NCBI RefSeq assembly: GCF_006345805.1
Contig: NC_043000.1
Location: forward strand, 99,200,001 to 99,264,000
Origin: Octopus sinensis
Taxonomy: Eukaryota
Length of the DNA stretch: 64,000 bases
Direction of reading: 5' to 3'
A program made the translations under genes and the position numbers. Under the pieces are notes generated by a model. It did no database searches. It saw only the letters and a list, made by a program, of their open reading frames with translations, and had not been told where the DNA came from. Numbering within the stretch: position 1 is the stretch's first letter; the number at the start of each line of letters is the position of its first letter. Below are positions 53,914-64,000 of this stretch, in pieces.

Positions 53914-55300
53914 AATGATATATAAATATATGCATATAAACATACATATATCTACATGCCTACATATATATGTATATATACATGCATATATGGGTACCGA
54001 CATAAAAAAAAAACGTTGAACATAATGAGAAACGAAAACATAGAAACCGAAAACATAGAAACGAACTTTTTTCGAACAACGAACAACGAAAAAAAAAAGA
54101 GAACTGAGACATGCAAGATGAAGAACATTCCCTTCATCAGTTGTCCCTTTTTCATCTACTCCAAGTTTCTTTCAGTTTCCGTCTACCAAATCCACTCACA
54201 AAGCTTTAGTCGGCCTGGGGATATAGTAGAAGACACTTGTCCGAGATGCCACGCAGTGGGACTGAACCCCCACACATAACTTCAAACATTAAAGTAACAG
54301 GATTCAAAGTACTAGGGTCAACATAATCGACTAAACTCTTCGAGGTGATGCCGTAAAATGGTCGAAATCCAATTATGGAAACCAGTGAAGACTGAAAAAG
54401 AATAGTGGAATATCCCTCCTTATTTCCCTTTTTCTCCCGCGCTCTCTACATACGTACGTATACATACATGCATACGTATACACACACACATACATACATA
54501 CCTTTATACAAACATTCGTATGTACACATACATATATACGTAAACACGTACATAAGTACACACGCACATACATACATACATCCATACATACATACATACA
54601 TACATACATCAATACATACAGGCGTATATATTTCTTTACGCTCACACGCACAAACACACATACATACACGCATACATACATACATACATACATACATACA
54701 TACATACACATACATACACGCATACATACATACATACATACATACATACATACATACATACATACATACATACATACATACATCAATACATACAGGCGAA
54801 TATATTTCTTTACGCTCACACGCACAAACACATACATACACGCATACATACATACATACATACATACATACATACATACATACATACACATACATACATA
54901 CATACATACATATATACATACATATATACATACATACATAAAAGTAGATAAAACTTCCGAAAGCACACGTCCCTCTCAAAATGTCGTCCTTAAGATACGT
55001 ATATACCATGTTACTGTTACCTCTGCAATTAAGAAGGATTCTAATATGTGTCTTACGTGGGGGTAATTAATTTGATAAATAAATAAAAAATAGCTAATAT
55101 ATATTATTCCTAGAAATGAAACAAAGGCATATTCAAAGACCCTATCTTCAGCGAACTGTCTATGTGGCGTCAAAAATAACTTTAAAAATAGATATCTTAG
55201 GAATCGCCAAGTAACAATCTTTCGTCATCGTTGCAAAACTACTTGTTAAATACGTTTGCAACAAGCGTTGAACTTGATGACTATGCCTACATGTGTATTT

Positions 55301-55393
<93 letters not shown>

Positions 55394-55451
55394 CCCCCCT
55401 ATCCCTCTCTCCTAATCCCTCTCTCGGGTTTTTTCCACTCTGTCTTCCTCA

Positions 55452-55520
<69 letters not shown>

Positions 55521-55585
55521 TGTATAAAATATATATACATATAATATATATATATATATTATATAAGTTCACATACTCACTTACG

Positions 55586-55620
<35 letters not shown>

Positions 55621-55641
55621 CGTACACATACACACGTAATA

Positions 55642-55685
<44 letters not shown>

Positions 55686-56194
55686 ATATATATAATATAT
55701 ATAATATTATATATATATATATTATATATATATATGTATATATATACACACACATTTGCGTACACGCACACTCACATGCACGCACACACATAATATTTAT
55801 TTTAAACTGAGACTGCGTGAGTCATTATCTCGAGTTGCTCTGTTGCTCTTTTATTTGCAAACTCTATACACTATATCAGTGACTCTCAATTTTCTTTACA
55901 GTATGCGCCATTTTTTTTAGCTTATTTCTTAATATCAATTCCCACTTTCCAAGATTGTCTGACTCAAAAAGCTGTATTCCAAATAACATTTATATAACAT
56001 TGAAAATCATTTTTATATATATTAGTAGCCATTTTATTCACGGATGTTTACAAATTTACAAGTAACAGAAAATATTGATCGATTTTAAAACTTCAATACC
56101 AATAAGTTTGTTTGTATTCATAACTAATAGCACTGAAACCTCAATATATAAGAATGCCAGGGTATTGAATTAATTTTACTGTGGTGGAAAAAGG

Positions 56195-56700
56195 AAGCCA
56201 ATGAAAGACCTGAAATTGCTTTTTCTTTATCAATTCTTGGGTATAAGGAAATGCGCTTGAAAGGAATCGCACGTTTTAAACTTGCAATCGGTTTCATTAC
56301 TTAGTTTTCACTTGCAACCGATTTAAGAAGAAAAAATTACCCACAAAAATTTAACAGACATTGAAGCAAAGTACTTTTAGCGTTTTTCAGACACGTTAGG
56401 ATAGGAATCGTATATCAAGGGCCAAAATTCTGTGATTGACTTCTCATCGATCATTTTTCTTGCTCCTGGATTATTCTTTACCTCTAGAAATTCTTCTTTA
56501 CCATTTTCGCTTTCATCTAATAATTGAAATGGCTTTAGCACCGAATTCAATTCCTCATCAGTGCGATTAGGAAAATATTGGTCGAATTTACCTTGTACTG
56601 CTGTCAAATGTAAAATTCCCTCTTTTAGAAATTCTGGAAACAATTGACCTTCGCTTCGAGCAACAAGAGTTTGTGACAATTTGTAAAACATAGCAACAGT
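56195..56700 (-). mobile_element. hAT (Buster/Charlie-type) transposase C-terminal remnant
   Basis: EEFLEVKNN..A+......S+.EFW..+..SYP.+S, ending KQFQVFH* (compare KQxQxSH*). Confidence 0.7.
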
Positions 56701-58249
56701 TTCGATGCTTTCTTTTCTAATTTTCCGGTTTAGTTAAGAAAACTTTCAAGGAATCTGTTATTTATACCATATTTTATTCTTTCTCTGCAGATGAAGATTT
56801 AGGTTATGTTCATATATATTAACCAAAATGGTACTGTACACAAGTTATTATTCAACATTCAACCAAACAAAATATTCCCTCTTACTCCAAACTTCAAAAG
56901 TACTTTCATTTCTAAACTGAAACAATGATCTAGTTACTGATCTAGGTGTATCCACACCATTTGTCAACAGCGAGAGATTTTCTCCATGACAAAACACAGG
57001 GAACGGCTTGTTCTCCAGTTCGACTGCTGCTGATGGTGATGATGTTTATCCCTTGTTCAATCCTGATAGATTTACGGTCAGAAGTGTTCTAGTGACAAAG
57101 AACCCGTTTTCGTGTTAATTGTTTATTAACGAGTACACATATATATAATCCAGTCTTCTCTACTTCTCAAACACGCTAGCATATAATTTGAGGGAGATTT
57201 CGTTGTTATTTCAAGCGGCTCGAGCGATCACGAAGAGGAATTGTCTCGGGTTCGTCATTATTTGCTTTGTTTATTCAGCTGGTATTTTGTTTGTTTTTTT
57301 TAATCTTCAACTGTCTCTATGCTGTACCTAATTACTTCTTTATCTCTGGGAAATAATTTCTGATTTTATCATATTCTCTAATTAATCTGTAGAACCTGTT
57401 CTTATTCTCTCTATCAATTATGCTTTTAGTCATACAGTAATTATTTTAGGGTAATTTTCTATTTGTCTGTGTCCCTTCAGCTCTTTCGGTGCGTGGTAAG
57501 TATATTCTCTATACATAAAAAAGAAAAAAGTACAGTAGAGTCGCATGTATGTAATTGAGTGTGTTGAAACACTTCGATCAATTAAGAAATAAAACTCCCT
57601 CCAGGGTGTAATTAAAAATTTCAAAAGCAGTAACAGGAAACATATCCATTGCTATCGCACCAGGTACCATAAAAGACGAGACCTATTCTAAACTGCGTAG
57701 TCTAAACTGTCGAGAAATTTCTAGCACATATCCTTATTGATATTATCACCCTTGTTTCTTTTTTCCAAATTTTAAACAAACATAGAGGGAATTTTTATTG
57801 ACTAATTGCTTGGATAATTCCAGTTAATCGAAAATTTTCACTTCTGTATATTACATGTGTGAGGTACAACTCTGTATATATTAAATATGTAGAACACTCC
57901 CCTGGGTTATTTTTCTTCGGTTACATTGTTGATATTCTGTTAACATTAAATTCAAGGGCGGTGCATTCTAAATTTTCTCATAGTTTTCTATATTTTCCCA
58001 GCTGTGCTTCGTAGATTGCTTAGTTTAAATTTACAATTTACTGTATGAAAACCATACATAATTAATAGGATAACTAGTGTGCTCATATTAGATTTCTGCC
58101 TCTAATAACATTTTGCTTTCACGTCTTCTTTCCTTTATTGCTTTATTTATCCCAGATAGATTGTGTTTTTAATCCTAAGTCTTTGACATTTAGATAGGGT
58201 TCCCTTTTGAGAATGTGACTGTCTGTAGTATGATTCCAAATTATACTGC

Positions 58250-58860
58250 AGACAGTCTCGAGGAAGAGGGACAGAATTTAGTAAATAAGTGTTTAACTCA
58301 AGAGTGCATTATTTGAGGGTATAAGAAAAGTATTTGGCAAGGTCAGCGGTTTTGTTGGCTTGAAGCAACCAGAACTATTTTCGAACTTGTGTAAGTGAAC
58401 GTAGTGGCGAGTCTGGTGGAGTGGAATGGAATAGTTTTGAAGAAGATTTACCTAATAGACATACAGTACAGAGCTAGATGCCTAGTGAATAGAAATTAAA
58501 AAGAATTTTTTATGCGTGTGTACACCTCACAGAACTATCATATTTAAGAAGTGAAAAAAAGGAGAATCCGACAAAATATGTTAAGATCCTTTCGGTAAAG
58601 AATCAAAGAGTCGTTTGTAACTTGGGAGACAGGAAGACTTGCAGATTGTGTGACGTACAAGGATGTCATCCGTGGTTTGGATATTGGTCTTATATGACTT
58701 GTAATGCGAAATAAAAGCGCTATGTCTGAAGGATGGCTGAGTTTCTCCAAGCGTTGTATGACATATCCTTAAGAATCGTTGCAGTGCAGCAATGGGGAAC
58801 TATTTGGGGGAATTTGGAGCTGTAAGTTTTGATTGTATGTAGGATGTGGAGAGACATACC
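58250..58860 (-). mobile_element. Highly decayed CR1/Jockey-like LINE fragment
   Basis: YKSHIRP motif and loose downstream similarity only. Confidence 0.35.
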
Positions 58861-59522
58861 TAAGATTAGGGTTTTGGCCACCTATTTAACTGTTTATAAT
58901 GAATATGGTTAAGGTGCGAAATGGATGTAATGGCCAAAATAGTTGAAGCTATGTTCTATAATATTCTGTAATTGAATATTTTTTTAAAATAGTATATGTA
59001 ATTCTATATATGTACATTCACACGCACTCGGAGACACACGCACGGGGACAAATACACAAACACATATACGTACCTATCTATATGTCGGACATCTTTCTTT
59101 CTTGGTCATCTCATATGTATACCATATAAGAGATTCATGCTTCATTTGCTATGGCAAAAATAAACATCCTACAGGACCGAAGCCAATGTTTTGATAGATA
59201 AGAGACGGGATTTGGCGTTAAAAGAATTCTAATTGTTTAAAAACAAAGAATAGAACTATTTTGTATGTTGGTAAATATTCTATCTCTACCTTCCCTTATA
59301 CACCACCCAGCTTCACCTAAAACATTTCCTTCCAAACGCACAGCCTTTCGCTACATATTTTTTTCACACTATATAAACTCATACTACTCACAAATTTATA
59401 CGTGTAGATAAACTCTTCTATTTAAAACCAACTCACAAATTACGTTCTGCATAACACACACACACACGCACGCACACGCACACGCACACACACACACACA
59501 CGCGCGCACACACACACACGCA

Positions 59523-59555
<33 letters not shown>

Positions 59556-59732
59556 CACACACACACACACACACACACATACCGATAGTTCTTTCTACAA
59601 AAGAATTCAATGCGTAAAGAGGTGGAAAAATGCCGACAAATCGAAGAAGCTGTCAAATCACTTTTCGACAAAATAAATTTTGTATTCTGTATACACGCAT
59701 TTTTTTTTTAGTACTTTCATATGTACGCAAGC

Positions 59733-59767
<35 letters not shown>

Positions 59768-60064
59768 TGTATGTATGTATGTATGTATGTACGCACGAAG
59801 GCTTGTAGCAAACCATTACACACATACACTGCAATGTAAATCTTCTGGAAAAAGTGAAACCGGTTTGAAATTATGTACTTTGATGTATTTATGTTATAAT
59901 GAAATTTTAAGAGTTTAATAAGATATTCTAAAATTATTCAACTGTAATAATGAACTTGCAATTAATTCATGAAAAATAAAAGGAAAAAGGCATTTCTTCT
60001 TTTATTATTTTTCAACCCCCGTATATGTAAGTATCTATCTATCTATCCCTCTGGCTGTCTGTCT

Positions 60065-60073
60065 GTATGTCTG

Positions 60074-60132
<59 letters not shown>

Positions 60133-60133
60133 C

Positions 60134-60166
<33 letters not shown>

Positions 60167-60250
60167 TATATAATATATATATATATATTATACTAGTATA
60201 TCTAACTATCTATCTATATTCTATCTATCTATCTATCATCTATCTATCTA

Positions 60251-60301
<51 letters not shown>

Positions 60302-60319
60302 ATATATATATATATCTAA

Positions 60320-60352
<33 letters not shown>

Positions 60353-60427
60353 ATCTATCTATCTATCAATCTATCTATCTATCTATATATATATATTATA
60401 TGTGTGTGTGTGTGGTGTGTGGTGTGT

Positions 60428-60463
<36 letters not shown>

Positions 60464-60480
60464 ATATATACATGCATGCA
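60065..60480. repeat. Compound (TATC)n(TA)n(TG)n microsatellite block
   Basis: Directly visible; source of spurious ORF 60067-61029. Confidence 0.95.
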
Positions 60481-60769
60481 TACATACATATATACATATA
60501 CATGCATATATATATTTCGTTTTGGGATTTGGTTTGCAAGATTCTTTATATGAGTTCGTGTGTTGAAGCATATTCTGTTGTGTCTGGGGAGAGTCATTTT
60601 CTTTTTGTGCCTTATAATGTAACACACTCACCGGTAAAATTTCCACTTATTTCTTATTTTATTTTCCGAAAATTTTCGTTGCGTCTTGCAACCTTTTCAA
60701 TAGTCTTGAATCTGTCCGTTATTTACACTGCGTTCCTTTTTGTTTGTTTGTGCGCATGTGTGTGGGTCA

Positions 60770-60807
<38 letters not shown>

Positions 60808-61263
60808 GTGTATGTGTGTGTGTGTGTGTGCCTATGCATGCATGCATGTACGTATGTATGTGTGTATGTATGTATGTGTTTGTATGTATATATGTGTGTG
60901 TGTGCATGTCTGTGTGTGTATGTTATGCAACTATGTACCATGTTTGTATGCATGGATGTGCATCTCTATATGTGTGGATCCTTGTCTCCATATGTGTCCT
61001 TGAGTGAAGTAAAGTGTGTGTTTGTATGACCACCATGTGTGTCAGTCTCCATTTGCGTATGTGTGCTTGTCTGTTCTTATAACATATGTACCTATCCGTC
61101 TGTATGTTGATCTGTATATTTTCATATCCATATGCTTACATACAAAGAAAAAATACATGTGCATACACACACACTCACAGCCACACACACACACACACAC
61201 ACACATACACATACATCTATCTATATAAATCTACGTAACAGTCCACTAACTATTCTACTCTAC

Positions 61264-61425
61264 CTGTGTAAACTGTGGTATACCCACAGTGGCATATTCG
61301 TCGATGAGAGTATCAATGGAGACAAACGTTGAAGTATTTCCAGGTAGAATATGGAGGAGTTCACGGATTACTTTATCAACGCTTTCATTCTAAAACGCTA
61401 AAATAGCTCTCTCTACGAACCAAGC
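61264..61425 (-). pseudogene. Helitron PIF1-type helicase remnant
   Basis: WFVERAILAF*NESVDKVIRELLHILPGNTSTFVSIDTLIDE..V.IP matches WL.ERAILAP.N..V...N..LL..LPG...Y.SID. Confidence 0.7.
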
Positions 61426-62359
61426 TATGTTTTTGATTTCATTTCCGTAGGATTTGAGCTGTAATTTAACGCACATCAAAAAATAACATTTGCTGTGTGT
61501 GTGCGCGCATGCGTGTGTGTGCCAAAGGAAGTTATTTTTGCATACCTTTCTTAATTCCAAAAAGAAGGAAATGTAGTGAAGTTGTAATATGTTAACAGCA
61601 GAAGGTCTCTATACATTATAATGAGAAATTGAAAGAGAAAGATAATGCCAAATTCTACACACGCGTGAAACATGGGACCAAAGTAAAAATGACCTTAAAA
61701 TTGTACGACAAGACCTCATTTCTGTGGTTCTCAGCGTCACCTTCTCGCCCGCTTTCCCCCTCTCTTTGTGCAGCTTTCTTTCACCTTCACCTATAGAACG
61801 TACAGTATCAATTTTGTGCTGGCTTTCTTTCACTTTCAACTATAGAACATACATAGGGTATGAAACATTAATGTGTGTCTCTCGCCAGCTATCCGTCTTT
61901 CAGCTTCTCCTATAGAAGCTTGTTTTCTGTCTCTTTCTTTCTCTTGTCTCTCTGTCTTTCTCTCATTCTGCGCTTCACACGGCAATTCCGTTACAACGAG
62001 ATGTATGTCTGTGTATATGAAATGGACGTGTGTGTGTGTGTGTGTGCGAGAGAGAGAAACAGAGAGAGAGAGTGAGTGAGTGAGTGAGTGAAGGTGTGTG
62101 TCGTAATGATGGATTTCTTTTAAGGTACATACACATATAGAAGATGTGACGTCATCGTCGTCGTCGTCGTATAAAATGCTTACGATAGTTGAGTTATGGA
62201 AAAAGATTACAATTTTAAATTTTTGTAATGGAAATATGTCAATGAAAATAAAGTTTAGCTGGTAGCGGAAATAGTACTGAATCTTTTGATATCCCATACG
62301 CCAAAATCTTGGTGGTCATGTATTATTCCCATGATCATCACCAATACCACTGCTACCAC

Positions 62360-62512
62360 CACCAATGGGGTATTGAAAATCTTGTTGAACGTTGGGCAGA
62401 TGTTGTAAACAACAAGGGTGAATACATTATTGAATTATTAATTGTTATTTTTTATTAAACCTTTTAAAATTTTGAATAATTAAAAAAAAACGGCGGGTAC
62501 TTAGTTGCCAAG

Positions 62513-62520
<8 letters not shown>
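62360..62520 (+). mobile_element. Mariner 3' end with right TIR
   Basis: GIENLVERWADVVNNKGEYIIE*, then ..ttagttgccaagccaata|ta. Confidence 0.7.
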
Positions 62521-62567
<47 letters not shown>

Positions 62568-63012
62568 GACGGGCTTCTTTTAGTTTTCCACCCACAAGGC
62601 TTTGTTCGACCCGGGCCCACACTACATTAGAAGACAGTTGTCCAGGGTACCGCGCAATGGGACTGAACCTAGAACTATATGGTTGGGGAGCAAACCTCTT
62701 GCCATGCCGACACGCCTGCGTCTTGTACGTTTTTGAGATCACGTACGCATATTATACTAAGCACAAACTGAAGGAGAAAAAAAAGAAGAAAAACGAAAAC
62801 TCGGTACCTAGATAGAGTAAATATTTAATGTGTATGTTAGGAATTCTATTTTACAACATTCCGTTATTCAAAGTTTACAATACTGACAAAGGTCGGGTGT
62901 GGGTGAGGATGGGAAAAATCTGATCTATCAGCTAGCCAAGTCTGAAGAATGTCCAAAGAATAAAGACATGAATCTTCAAGTAAGGCAAGGCTGTAAACTA
63001 GCATTGTGGAAC

Positions 63013-63055
<43 letters not shown>

Positions 63056-63138
63056 TGAACAAGACATGTATGTATGGATGGATGTACGTGTGTGTATGTA
63101 TTTATGTATGTGTTTGTGTGCACACGCGCGTGCGTGCA

Positions 63139-63171
<33 letters not shown>

Positions 63172-63236
63172 CCTCGTTGTCACCCACTTATCTCAAGTTG
63201 CCTTTTTTCCTTATATAGCATGTCCATATTACCATC

Positions 63237-63357
63237 GCTACCACCACCACCACCACCACCACCACTACCCAGTTGCTACTACTACTACTACTGCTACTAC
63301 TACTACAACAGCTACTACTACTACTACTACTACTACTACCACTATCACCATCACGTT

Positions 63358-63393
<36 letters not shown>

Positions 63394-63410
63394 CATCATA
63401 ATCGTCACCA
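63237..63410. repeat. (CAC)n(CTA)n compound microsatellite
   Basis: Directly visible. Confidence 0.95.
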
Positions 63411-63952
63411 CTATTGCTGCCATCACTACCAACAAGAACAAAAATAACAGCAAAAACAAGAGAACACCTTCGTCATCAGCAGCAGCAGTTACAGCAACAT
63501 CTCCATATATGAATTCGTTTCAGTTCTCTATTTCTGTAAATTTTCCGATCATCATCATCATCACCATCATCTATAGCAGCCAAACCTCCCTCTATTTAGA
63601 AAGTTTAAAACACAATTAAGAAGGAAGGAAACCATTATATGGTGTAGTCTCAGATACATTTATATCTGAATGATCGCAAATGTTCCAGCTATGACCATCC
63701 TGTCTTTCTGAATGAGACCCACCCTGAGGCAAAACAAGCAAAAAATTTCAACTATATCAACAACTACAATAAAAAAAAACGGGTCAGCGTGTCCTAGATT
63801 CTGGCTGACAATCCAATAAGGAAGAAGGTAGAGCAGGAGGGAGTGAAAAAGGAAGGAAGGAAGGAAGGAAGGATAAAAAGAAAGAGATGGCCAAAGAGAG
63901 AATTAGAGTAACAGAGGAAAGAAGACAAACAGTTGGAGATATATGGAGATAT

Positions 63953-63991
<39 letters not shown>

Positions 63992-64000
63992 GACAGACAG

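Noticed and set aside
60067-61029. 320-aa ORF and the many other YI/CV/HT/MYVC-rich ORFs in the track
   Set aside because: Translations of di- and tetranucleotide microsatellites that lack stop codons in some frames; not genes.
62892-62977. Exon candidate SGVGEDGKNLIYQLAKSEECPKNKDMNLQ
   Set aside because: Has a donor, but the acceptor lacks a pyrimidine tract, and it does not match the expected next MCT exon.

Overview
AT-rich, microsatellite-saturated animal DNA. The SINE, LINE, Penelope and Helitron content is most consistent with an octopus/coleoid cephalopod (inferred from repeat families; no database search was run). Host coding sequence is sparse. Two in-phase exons of a class B1 (secretin-family) GPCR (TM6 30750-30888; 42-nt TM7 exon 42561-42602, + strand) lie before a 100-N gap (48711-48810). 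One exon of an SLC16/MCT-like MFS transporter (48964-49107, +) lies just after the gap. The rest is mostly transposon-derived: three tRNA-headed SINE families, R4/Dong-type and RTE LINE pieces, Penelope-like RT and GIY-YIG remnants, Helitrons, and mariner and hAT remnants. The most striking observation is a set of non-coding elements carrying type I hammerhead ribozyme folds. A 490-bp monomer array (19011-20580) has one structurally complete hammerhead per monomer, circularly permuted ends and a fold-back junction. A decayed 337-bp monomer (10198-10581) has terminal redundancy, a 247-bp palindrome (14660-14906) holds two hammerheads, and a fourth family sits at 38091-38353. Together these look like a retrozyme/circular-RNA-type system mobilised by Penelope-like RT. 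Ribozyme activity and circles are inferred, not shown. Coordinates of decayed repeats are approximate.
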